Notes: a model not told the origin generated them from the sequence alone. Shown: positions 1-10,471, counted from the stretch's first letter. The stretch: DNA of 16,392 nt from Octopus sinensis (GCF_006345805.1 NW_021825204.1:1-16392), one strand, 5' to 3'. Program-made: numbers and translations.

Positions 1-169
1 AAATAGAAGAGGAAGAAATAGTCATTGACTGTCCTTTTTGAAGCCTCTTCTCTTGTGTTAGGTCGACGACTGTTGGAACTAAAGGCGGTCAAAGAGGGAA
101 ATTTTTAGAGGTTGATAAATTTATGGGAGCGAAGGACGTGACGAAGATCTTAATTTGACAGTAGTGATC

Positions 170-960
170 AAGTGGAAAACTTTAGACATATCGAAAAGAA
201 AATACGTAACTAAATTGTGTTTAACATAAAATTTGACTTGATTAGGCAGACCTATGATGAGAGAGCATTCAGTCATAGTATAGGATCATATTTTTCGATT
301 TTTGTTGTTGGCATGATCATTTCCCCCAAATATCTGATCTAGTGGAACTATAATCAATATTATGGTATCAGTGATGTTCATCTAGTCTTTTGTTATTCAT
401 TCGTAGTGCATTTAGGATCATTAACTAATTAGTTGAAGATCAGCTTGAAATTCTGGATGTAGACGTAGGCAGCTATCTATTATGGACAGAAAATATCTCC
501 GCTGTATATAACAGAACAATACAGAAATTTGAATTGCTATGAATTCTTGTGGCCAAATTAAACAAGGAAGAATCAATCTTCTTTTACAAAGCACAAATCT
601 GAAGCATTCTAGATTAGGTCTGTTTATACTGGATAAATGCTTCATAAAACATTACCTCCACTCAGATCTGTCGAAAAGGAAGCTCTTAAATCATTACAAT
701 TGACAAGGCTGATACTGAGAGAGTGTGAGAATACAACAAAAGCAAAATACGGTATCAACAAAGACAATCTGTTGTAGCAACAATTTTGCCATCCTTCAAA
801 CTTATTTGGTTGGATCTTAACCGGATTTTCAAGGTGTTTAAGCTTACAAGTTGATGACTTCCTTCCGACACGTAAACGTATTATAATTCTGTAGCTAGGT
901 TTCTCTGAAGATGCCACTGGTACATATTCTCAGGTGAGATTACTGAAACAATAATAAATG
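170..960 (+). mobile_element. Possible highly decayed, internally deleted Penelope-like element relic
   Basis: Broken + strand frames give RHIEKKIRN*IVFNIK (~184-231) and EKEALKSL (673-696), with DKAD (702-713) in a shifted frame, resembling the PLE pre-RT motif E..ALK.L....I..ADKG. RLILRECENTTKAKYGINKDN follows and resembles the end of a PLE GIY-YIG domain, then CTGAAGA...GAAAC at 905-949. Many stops and frameshifts; recognised by eye only. Confidence 0.35.
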
Positions 961-1384
961 TATTATACAAGGATTCAACTCATATCTCGTTTCAAAAATC
1001 GAATCACTGCTCAAACAATCGTGAGCCGAAGTCTCTTTAGGCTAGGCAATGCATCTTCCTTGCAGCAAAATTGCTCCAGCTAGGCCGAAGTTTAAACACA
1101 AAAACAAGTAGAAGACTGAACGTAAAGCAGATCGGTGGAGTTCAAGCCCTGGTAGATAAGGAACGTACAAAGAAAACCAAGGGTAGTGATTCCTCGGCAC
1201 TCAAACAGATTCTGCCAACGTATGATCTTTATTTCATCTAATTAATAACAAGGTAGGAATACATACAGCAACAGACAGCCTTCACCATAAATCAACATAT
1301 TTAGTCTTCTACAACACTGATGCGTATATGAGTGCTTGTAGCGAATCAAGTGTGTTTAATGCTAAGTCTGTATGAACGTCGACA

Positions 1385-1580
1385 TGTGTGAGTGTGCGTG
1401 GATGTGTATATGCACGCATGCGTACGTATGCGTGTACACAACATATATATATATCTGGATGAAATTCTGGTAGCAGAATTTAATACACACACACATATAT
1501 ACATATATATAAAATATAATACATATATATATATATATATACATATATATATGTATATATAATATATAGTATATAATATA

Positions 1581-1627
<47 letters not shown>

Positions 1628-1960
1628 ATATATATATATTCACACATACACACACTGAAACACTACATATATATCTATATACATATGCACACAGACGTAT
1701 AGTGATTGGCATTCTTTACAGAAGAAGGCCATCTCTTCCATCATATATATATATATATATATATAGTGCCTTTTTTGTGTGTATATACCAGTATGTTCAG
1801 TATACGTACATGAGTGATGTGCTAATGTGATGGGTATGTATATATATGGATGTATGCGTGCGTATGTGTATATGTTTGTCTGTGTATGTTGTTTGAATTC
1901 GTGTATGTAAGTGCCTGAGTGTATGTATCTGTATGTGTCTGGCTCTGTGTTTGTGCGTTA
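1385..1960. repeat. Compound (TA)n/(CA)n/(TG)n microsatellite region
   Basis: Dinucleotide runs directly visible. Confidence 0.9.
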
Positions 1961-2211
1961 GTTTGTCTTCTGTTAATGCCTCTATCTAACTGTGTGTTGA
2001 AAGTTATAAAGCCGATTTAACCGGAAGCTGGAATAGAAATATATCCGGTTTGTCTATAAACATGTCTATTGTTACTTTTTTTTCGTTCTTTTTGTCCTTT
2101 TTTGATATGTTTTTAAATATATTGCTGTTTTGTTCCTTGTCATTTTGCAGTTGTTTTTGTTGTTGTTGCAGCTGGATCTGTTGTGTTTTCAGTATAATAA
2201 ACAAAAGCGCA

Positions 2212-2309
2212 AATATATATATACACACACATATACATATAGACACGTATGTACGTACGTATATCTGTATATGTGTAGGTATATATGTAGGTGCATACTT
2301 ACTTAGAGG

Positions 2310-2369
<60 letters not shown>

Positions 2370-2828
2370 TGTGGTGTGGGGTGTGTATATATATAAGTTT
2401 TATATCTGTGTGTGTGTCTGAATGTATGTATGTATGCATAGATATACATAAACTATATACATATAGACACATATATATACATATATATGACAACATGTGT
2501 GTGTATATATACAATATATACTATGCCTAGTATGCATATATAAGTGCATATATATATATACTATATATATATATAATATATTATATATATATGTAAGAAT
2601 ATATATATACATATATATATATTTATATATATATATATAATACACATATATATATATACATATACATATATACATATACATATATTATATATATATATTA
2701 CTATATATATATACATATATATATACATTATACAATACATATATATACATATATACATATACATATACATCTACATATATATACATATATATATACCTAT
2801 ATCTATATATATATATATATATATAATA

Positions 2829-2874
<46 letters not shown>

Positions 2875-2890
2875 CATATATATATACATA
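2212..2890. repeat. (TA)n and (TATACA)n-like microsatellite region
   Basis: Long TA runs, e.g. 2311-2363, directly visible. Confidence 0.95.
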
Positions 2891-3094
2891 CAGAGACAGA
2901 CATGGACAGCCGCATATACAGCATAACATTAGCCTAGTTGTCTGATTTATTCTTTATGTAAACTTTCCGTGTAATTTCTCTTAGGTTTTTCATGGCATTT
3001 AGCCACTTAATACCGCCAGAACATCGCTTGTGTGTAGACACCACCAACAGTGTATATATAACATTTTATAACAGAGACCATCTCTATTGTTCTC

Positions 3095-3385
3095 TCCCAA
3101 CACCGACACCTATACCAGCAGCAATACCAACATCAACGGTGGTGGCAGCAGCTGTGCCGTCGCGCCTACCGACATCGGTGTCAACACCAACCCCGGCACC
3201 ATTATCGCATCTAGTGTCTATACCACACCATGCCGCACTACCGCCGCTCCAAACCATTTTGATATCAGCACTACAACTAACATCAACAGAATCGCCAAAT
3301 GTACCAACAACGGCAACAACATCAACACCACCGCCGTCAACAACAACCTCGGTAGTAACACCAACAACGGGATTGCAAAACCTCA
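3095..3385. repeat. Degenerate (ACC/AAC/GCC)n trinucleotide low-complexity tract
   Basis: caacaacggcaacaacatcaacaccaccgccg-type periodicity; open in several frames on both strands. Confidence 0.8.
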
Positions 3386-3407
3386 AACAGCGTATTTTTG
3401 TAGTGGC

Positions 3408-3900
3408 ATGTATATATATATGTACGTGTGTATATGTGTGCGTCTGTGTGTATACTCACGGATACAGACGCACACGGACACAAACACGCACACACACACA
3501 CACACGTATACACACACATACATGTATACACACACATATAATATATATATATTATATATATATATATATATATTGCATATATGTATGTATAGACTCACAT
3601 ATATATACATACATATACAATATATGTATATTATATTATATATATATATATATATTAATATATAATATATATATATATATATACATACATATACAATATA
3701 TGCGTCTATGTATCTATATATGATATAGATATACATGTCTATTAATATATGGTATATGTATATATGCTTACATATATGCGGTGTACAATTGTATATCTAA
3801 CTATGTGTGTGTATGTGTGTGTGTGAGTGTGTGTGCGTGCGTGTGTGTGTGAGAGTGTGTGCGCGTGTGTGTGTACATGTATGTATTTATATATGTATGC
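3408..3900. repeat. (TA)n/(CA)n/(TG)n microsatellite region
   Basis: Directly visible. Confidence 0.9.
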
Positions 3901-4029
3901 ACACAGAAATGGCCTCTTGCTACTAATATTAAACACCAGAAGACAACGCTCCTCTTCATTTTTTTCACTATTTATATAAATACATGTAAACATACCGTGG
4001 TATGAAGCACAACGTTTGTGTAGGCTCGC

Positions 4030-4225
4030 GTATGTGTGTACGTGTACGCGTGTGTGTATGTGTATGTGTGTGTGTGTGTGTGGTGACGGCGAGGCTGATG
4101 ACGATGGTAGTGGTGGTGGTGGTGGTGGTGATGCTGATGATGCTGATGATGATGAAGGTGACGGTGAGGTGGATGATGATGAGAGTGGTGGTGGTGGTGG
4201 TGATGGCACTGATGATGATGATGAA

Positions 4226-4297
<72 letters not shown>

Positions 4298-4375
4298 GAT
4301 GATGATGAAGGCGGTGACGCCGACGCTGATGATGATGCTGATGATGATGATGCCGGTGATGATGATATGTGTGTG
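4030..4375. repeat. (TG)n followed by a long (GGT)n/(GAT)n trinucleotide repeat
   Basis: Near-pure GAT run ~4210-4307; source of the poly-His, poly-Asp, poly-Met and poly-Ile ORFs. Confidence 0.95.
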
Positions 4376-4540
4376 TTTGAACATTTCCCAGTAACGCCTT
4401 CTGCATAGAGAAGCTATAGTTAAGCACTGGCTTAACTACTTAAAATAGTGAATTTGTAATTCATGAAAGGAAAAACCAGAAATGGAGAACTGACTGTGAA
4501 ATTTAAATTGATTAAGAAAATAGGTGTGCATGAAAGTGAA

Positions 4541-4790
4541 CCTTTCGGTTGTTTACTGCCATTGGATTGCGGCCATGCTGGGGTACTGCCTGACGGACAA
4601 TAGCCGAACAACTCCACGCTAGGGCTTACTTTTTAAAGTTTGGTGTTATTTTGTTTGTCTTTTGCCGGACCATTGCGTTACACGAACATAAACAGACCAA
4701 CACCGGTTGTCAATGGGGAGGGGAGAGGACCGCCACAAAGATAAACATAAATATGCACAGTCAGACATGCACACAGACAGACATGCACAT
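4541..4790 (-). mobile_element. Diverged SINE 3' half, same family as 14201-14575 (family A)
   Basis: gcggccatgctggggtactgcc, cttttgccggacc and accaacaccggttgtcaa are reverse complements of ggcggtgctccagcacggccgc, ggttcggcaaaag and ttggcaaccgatgttggt in the copy at 14201-14575. Confidence 0.8.
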
Positions 4791-5706
4791 ACATGCACAC
4801 ACACATTCACGTATGTGTGTGTGCGTGTATGTGTGTGTATGTGTCCATGTGTGTATGTATTAGTCGATCTGGCCTGGAATTCTGCTACGTCCATTCACCC
4901 TACGCTACTCCAATTATTTCGTTTGATAGCTGCAAGGCTCTTTCTGTTGTATTTGTGGTATTTATGCAATTTCTTTTTTTTTTCCGTTGTATATAGGCTT
5001 CAAGTTGTTATATATGCATAATTCTGCATTTGTTGCATTTACATATGATCTTGTTTGTTTCTGTCTCAGTATATATACATTGGCTAACTTTTTCCCTTTT
5101 TCCCCCGTACCTCCAAGACTGAGTGGTCTCAATGATAATGGTGCGAAACCACGATGATATTTCGGTTCAATGAATGACGCGAAAAGCTCATCTGCGAATA
5201 TTCCGTGTATCATGCCTTCGTCTATATTCCCCGTCCGTTAAGATTTTGCCTAGTTTCCCGTTTGCTCTGCTTTTGTCTAACTTTTTCTCCGTGTCCTGTC
5301 TGTTTAATCATATATATATATATATAATTTTCTTACGAAACGCTTAGATAGCGTAGAGGCGCTCAAGTCGAATCTGAGGCGTTAGATAAGCATAGTGGAT
5401 AGAATGGAAAAAGTTCAAATCAGGCAGGTTTAGTTAAGAAAAAATATGAACTGTCCGAAATGAAACATATTTTGATATTTTAGAGATATGAAAATATACA
5501 GAAATATGAAAATATATAAATACTAAAAATATACGTGGACATATAGATATGTAGGTATATAAACGGACATTTGGATATTTCTAAAAGTCGCTTTCTGTAT
5601 GATGTACAGCGAGTTAAGGTGTGTGCGATATATACTTACGGTACTAATACAAAACATTTGGGGAATGTTTGTTAAGATTTTATACAACAAAGCAACAGGA
5701 ACTGCT

Positions 5707-5872
5707 ATTACAACAACAACAACAACTACTACTACTACTACTACTAATAATAATAATAATAATAATAATAATTTTAATGATAATAATACTACTACTACTA
5801 CTACTACTAATAATAATAATAATAATAATAATAATAGTAATAATAATAGTAATAATAATAATAACAATAATA
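5707..5872. repeat. Compound (ACA)n(ACT)n(AAT)n microsatellite with the (ACT)n(AAT)n block duplicated
   Basis: The (ACT)n(AAT)n block occurs at ~5725-5771 and again at ~5787-5836. Confidence 0.95.
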
Positions 5873-5948
5873 GGCATCTAAGATAACTTGATGCAGCCCG
5901 ATGCTAGGATTCTTTTCTTTTCCAACAATATAATCTGTTGAGTGTATA

Positions 5949-5949
<1 letters not shown>

Positions 5950-5983
<34 letters not shown>

Positions 5984-5984
5984 C

Positions 5985-6016
<32 letters not shown>

Positions 6017-6060
6017 TATTATTATTATTATTATATTATTATTATTATTATTATTATTAT

Positions 6061-6091
<31 letters not shown>

Positions 6092-6160
6092 AAGAAGAAA
6101 GAAAAAAGAAAAAGAAAAAGAAGAAGAGGAAGAGGAAGAAGAAGAACAACAACAACAACA
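5950..6160. repeat. Compound (AAT)n-(ATT)n-(AAG)n-(AAC)n microsatellite
   Basis: Directly visible; strand switch AAT to ATT at ~6015. Confidence 0.95.
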
Positions 6161-6213
6161 ATTGTTTCAAATTTCAGAACAAGACCAGCAGTTTTGAGGG
6201 GTTGGAATTAGTC
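6161..6213 (-). mobile_element. SINE 3' terminal fragment (family B tail variant)
   Basis: Its reverse complement (ccctcaaaactgctggtcttgttctgaaatttgaaacaat) matches the tail cccccgaaattgctggccttgcaccaaaatttgaaaccat at 11521-11560. Confidence 0.7.
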
Positions 6214-6214
6214 T

Positions 6215-6600
6215 CTGTTGCCTTCGTCCTTTTCTTTCTAACACCACTTCCTTCACTGGACCCAACAAGCACACTTCCAGTTTGGGAGTTCTTTTCGTTG
6301 CTCGTCTAGCAACCTTACAATATGCGCACCAATTTCTCCTCTGCACCTTTATCTACATCACGGAAACCAGCTAACAACTGACTGGCTGGCAGCTTTCGGG
6401 ATCCACTTGGTAACGGGTCACTTGTCTCTCGACATTTCCGTTCTGCCAACCATTCAATATATCACCTCTTGATCTTCGGTGTAGTTATCACCCTGGATCA
6501 CCTACTACTCTCCCTCAGAGGGAACAAGAGTATATTTTCTCACGCCAAACGGAATTCTCCGCCTACTCCGTCACTTTAAACCCTTTCTCACTATCACGCC
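6215..6600 (+). mobile_element. Penelope-like element (Neptune-type) GIY-YIG endonuclease region, pseudogenised
   Basis: Frameshifted segments RPFLSNTTSFTGPN, GSSFRCSSSNL, LCTFIYITETS*QL, GNGSLVSRHFRSANHSIYHLLIFG and QREQEYIF follow the PLE pattern F.C.SSN.vY.I.C..C...YIGET.R.L...V..HF....HS....R.RE..IF. Confidence 0.8.
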
Positions 6601-7140
6601 TTACTCCTACGCTGCTCCCATACACCGCACTCAACACCTAAAGTACTACTCACATCTGATTTCATCCCACACCACATTCACAACCATGCACGCGTTCTCG
6701 AGACACCAACACCACATACACACACTCCTTCTTTGCACCATACTCCCTAAACCTTTCTTCATGTAATCTTCGGCATACGTCCCATTTTCTTCACTTATAT
6801 ACTCACACATAGTAGTACTCATACACCGGTACAAGGAAGCAAACACACGCATGTATACTGACTCAGGTACATCTCGTTGTCAATCCATCTATGCCTGGCA
6901 GCTGTATTTCACACCTTTCATGCCTCCAATTCTTTACCATGCTAACACATGCGCACGTGCCTACACTTTTTCTTCTATTTCTTACCTCCTTTTGCTCTCC
7001 ATTATTTTCCATATACCATACGGCTTTACCTGATTTTTTCCCTCAACTCTTCATGGAGGATTTTACCCGATTCTCTCCCTTGTAAATTTTACTAATTTCT
7101 CAGTATTCATGACCAGTCTTTCCGAAATTTCTTCCTGTTA
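6601..7140 (+). mobile_element. Pyrimidine-rich segment, probable 3' UTR/pLTR of the upstream PLE
   Basis: C/T-skewed sequence directly after the GIY-YIG remnant; contains a decayed hammerhead-like motif at 6858-6906. Assignment is inferred. Confidence 0.4.
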
Positions 7141-7197
7141 CGCATATTTAGATAGATACATAATACATGCATACATACATACATGGCATACATACAC

Positions 7198-7265
7198 AAA
7201 TGGCGGTGCCCCAGCATGGCCACAGCTCATAAGCTGAAACTAGAATCAATCAATCAATCAATCAA
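7198..7265 (+). mobile_element. SINE 3' tail fragment (family A-related) ending in (AATC)n
   Basis: ggcggtgccccagcatggccacag...ctgaa matches ggcggtgctccagcacggccgcag...ctgaa at 14524-14560. Confidence 0.7.
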
Positions 7266-7301
7266 TACATGCATACATACATACATACATACATACATAC
7301 A

Positions 7302-7335
<34 letters not shown>

Positions 7336-7341
7336 CATACA

Positions 7342-7382
<41 letters not shown>

Positions 7383-7500
7383 CTGTGTGTGTATGTGCTT
7401 ATGTATATAAGCGTGTATTTATAAACATGCTGTAACATATGTAAGTTCATAGCTACATACATATGTAAATGTGATGTATGTGTGTGTATATGTGTATGTT
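7266..7500. repeat. (TACA)n/(TA)n microsatellite
   Basis: Directly visible. Confidence 0.95.
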
Positions 7501-7774
7501 TTTACTTCTGACTTCCGCGAAAGAACACTCCTGGATCCAACACAGGCATACACATCTCTCATCTTCCTCTTACCTTTCTACATGCCTTACAAATATACAC
7601 ACATAAACTCCATTCAGACGGATTAATTTAAAATTAGATTGTGAAACTCTCAAAACGTCGGTCCAGCCGATTCAGAAAAAGTTTTTTTTTTTACGAACCA
7701 GACATTAAGAAATAATAAGGATATCCAAAAAATCTTTGCCAAAACCAAGTTAAAACATGAGCGTCGTAGTGTAT

Positions 7775-7978
7775 TCTATATGTATAAACATATATAAATA
7801 TAGATGTATAGATACACCCATGCATCTGTTCCAATATATATTTCACAGTATCCATAGAAACACAGACACACATATATACACACATATACATCACATTTAC
7901 ATATGTATTAGCTTGGAACTTACATACGTTTGAGCATGTATATAAATACACGCTTATTACATAAGCGCGCATACACAT

Positions 7979-8064
<86 letters not shown>

Positions 8065-8137
8065 AATATAGACATATATATATATATAATATATATATAT
8101 ATGTATGTATGTATGTATGTATATGCATGCATGCATG

Positions 8138-8170
<33 letters not shown>

Positions 8171-8648
8171 CTCTATCTATATATCTACTATCTGTCTATC
8201 TATCTGTGTCTGTCTATCTATATTACTATACATGTGTGTGCACATACATACATACATACATACATAATACATACATACATACATACATGTAAACAGATAT
8301 AAGACATGACATTATGGCGCAATCTAAAATATAGTGACATATACACCTAAATCGTTACCACGAGTAACTATAAGTAGAAATAATGCTTTTTTTAGGTTTC
8401 TTTAGCATTTTGCCATCTGTGTGTATATGTATGTATGTATGATGTATGTATGTATGTATGTATGTATGTATGTATGTATGTATGTATGTGTTAGTGTGTG
8501 TTGTGTATATGTATGTGTGCATGTGTGCAAATGCACACACACATATGCATATTCATACGTTTGTGCGAGCTTCGTGTGTGTGAATATGCATGTGCGTGAC
8601 GTGAATTTTAAATGACATACTTATATGTATTTACGCGTGTAAAATGTG

Positions 8649-8717
<69 letters not shown>

Positions 8718-8820
8718 GTCTATATATATACATGTATATATATATATATTATATATATTATATATGCATATAATATACATAACATATACATACATATATA
8801 TGTATATGCATGTATGCATG

Positions 8821-8879
<59 letters not shown>

Positions 8880-9090
8880 ATGTATGCGGTTATGTATTTC
8901 TATACTATATAAGCATGTATTTATATACATTCATATACATATATACATACGTACATATATATATATACAAACATACACACACACACATATATATATATAT
9001 ATAAGTAGATGTGTGTGTGCATGAATGAGAGTGTGCGTGCATGTGTGAATGTGTGTGTGTGTGTCTGTGTGTGTGTTTGTGTGTGTGTAC
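7775..9090. repeat. Extended (TA)n/(TATG)n/(TATC)n/(TG)n microsatellite region with short unique spacers
   Basis: Directly visible. Confidence 0.9.
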
Positions 9091-9624
9091 ACAGAGCGAC
9101 AATCGGAAGTGGAGAAACGTCTCACGTGACTTCGCCTCTGTCTGAAAGTTGTCTTACTTGTCGACATTGTTTACACAACTAAATGTCACAAGATTAAAGT
9201 GAATTAGGATGTTATTGGCCGGATAACTTACACAGTGTTAGATAGAGAGAAACAGTCTAATAGCTAGAGACAGAGATCGCAACAGGATGATACAGAGTGA
9301 GAACTACATAATGTTTGCGTGAAAGGGGAGGCGAACAGAGAAAAGTCGGTGAGGCAGGGAATGGATGGGAGAAGCAAAGAGAAGAAAACACACGACTGAA
9401 GTGGGACTCGAAAGCGCAGCCTATGAATCTACAGGGTTAGATTGCTTGCTCTTGTGCATGTGGCATTAGGATTCAGCCTTGTGAAATTTTATATCTTTCA
9501 ACTTTGCAGATATTTCACACACACATGCACACGTAACACACACTCACACACACACACACACGCACAACCACCCACCCACCCACACAATATATATATATAT
9601 ACATACATATATATATATATATAA

Positions 9625-9664
9625 TTCACACTATCACTATTGTTTCACTTCTTACTTCTATATA

Positions 9665-9742
<78 letters not shown>

Positions 9743-9778
9743 AAGTAAAGAAGTGAAACTATGTAGTGATAGTGTGAA
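9625..9778. repeat. Inverted repeat of ~35 bp arms flanking a (TA)n spacer
   Basis: ttcacactatcactattgtttcacttcttacttc (9625-9658) versus the reverse complement of 9742-9778, ttcacactatcactacatagtttcacttctttacttc. Confidence 0.9.
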
Positions 9779-9863
9779 AATTTAATACGTACGTTTCAGA
9801 TTTGCGTAATGTATATTAGGAAATGAATCCATTATGTAAAACTTCCTCAGTTAAGGTATTTCA
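9775..9863 (-). ncRNA. Type I hammerhead ribozyme motif (PLE-type), catalytic core intact
   Basis: The minus strand reads UUAA-CUGAGGA (9850-9844), then helix II AGUUUUACAUAAUG / CAUUACGCAAAUCU (11 of 14 pairs, 18-nt loop), then GAAAC-GUAC-GUA (9797-9786, palindromic helix III), then UUAA closing helix I. Predicted cleavage after the A at 9786. Confidence 0.72.
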
Positions 9864-9869
9864 AAATAC

Positions 9870-9962
9870 TGAAATGCTTTAACTGAGGAAGGCCATATGC
9901 AGTGGATGCATTCCTTATTATACATGACGCAAAACTTGAAAAGTACGTATTAAATTATTTCA
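9870..9962 (+). ncRNA. Type I hammerhead ribozyme motif, degenerate paralog
   Basis: Helix I UGAAAUGCUUUAA (9870-9882) / UUAAAUUAUUUCA (9950-9962) gives 12 of 13 pairs including one G-U. CUGAGGA at 9883-9889; GAAAAGUACGUA at 9938-9949 has a C-to-A change in helix III; helix II is eroded. Confidence 0.6.
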
Positions 9963-10053
9963 AAATATTACTGACGGAGTGCCAGAATGCATATATATAT
10001 AAATATATATATCTTCGAAACAGAAAACATAATTATTATATATACACAGTGTA

Positions 10054-10268
10054 AGGCGGCGAGCTAGCAAAATCGTTAGCATGCCGGATGACATGCTTAA
10101 CGGCATCTCGTCCGTATTTATGTTTTCGGTTCAAATTCTGATGAGTGCAAATTCTTTTGCCTTTCATCCTTTCGAGGTCGATAAAGTAAGTACCAGTCAA
10201 GTACTGGGGTCGATGAAATTGACTACCCGCTCCCCACAAAATTAATTTCAGACCTTGTGTCTTTGGCA
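10054..10268 (+). mobile_element. tRNA-derived SINE, family B (central domain resembling Meta/MESC)
   Basis: Head aggcggcgagctagcaaaatcgttagc, B-box-like ggttcaaattc, central ttttgcctttcatcctttcgaggtcgataaagtaagtaccag; collinear with 11934-12147. Confidence 0.88.
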
Positions 10269-10269
10269 G

Positions 10270-10471
10270 CAGCGATTAGATATAAACAGCGTTAGGTAGT
10301 GACCGTACATTTCGTTTATTTGTACGATCTGAGTTCAAATGCTGCCGAGGTCGACTTCTCCTTTTATTACTTCTGGGTCGATGAAATAAGTACCAGTTGA
10401 GCATTGGGATCGATGTAATCGCCTAGTCCCTTTCCACAAAATTCTAGGTCTTGTGCCTATAACAGAAAAGG
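10270..10471 (+). mobile_element. SINE family B, second tandem copy with a degraded head
   Basis: ctgagttcaaatgctgccgaggtcgactt...gggtcgatgaaataagtaccagttgagcattgggatcgatgtaatcg...cttgtgcctataacagaaaagg. Confidence 0.82.

Noticed and set aside
2004-2246. Minus-strand Q/K/N-rich 80-aa ORF, and three tandem polypyrimidine-AG acceptors on the plus strand
   Set aside because: The ORF starts in a microsatellite and reflects T-rich composition. There is no recognisable domain and no good downstream donor.
2992-3723. 243-aa Pro/Thr-rich mucin-like ORF behind a plausible splice acceptor
   Set aside because: It is a degenerate trinucleotide tract, open in several frames and on both strands, and runs into (TA)n.
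3742-4427. Poly-His, poly-Asp and poly-Met ORFs
   Set aside because: All six frames are open because of (GAT)n/(GGT)n, so there is no coding evidence.
5118-5195. Possible hammerhead pieces (ctgagtgg...cgaaacc; cgatga...cgaaa)
   Set aside because: No CUGANGA core and no consistent helices.
7645-7705. aaaacgtcggtccagccgattcag, resembling a Helentron/HINE subterminal motif
   Set aside because: Too short, and the other expected element features are absent.
9396-9421. ctgaagtgggactcgaaagcgc hammerhead look-alike
   Set aside because: A9 is missing, and there is no NUH site or helix I/III pairing.
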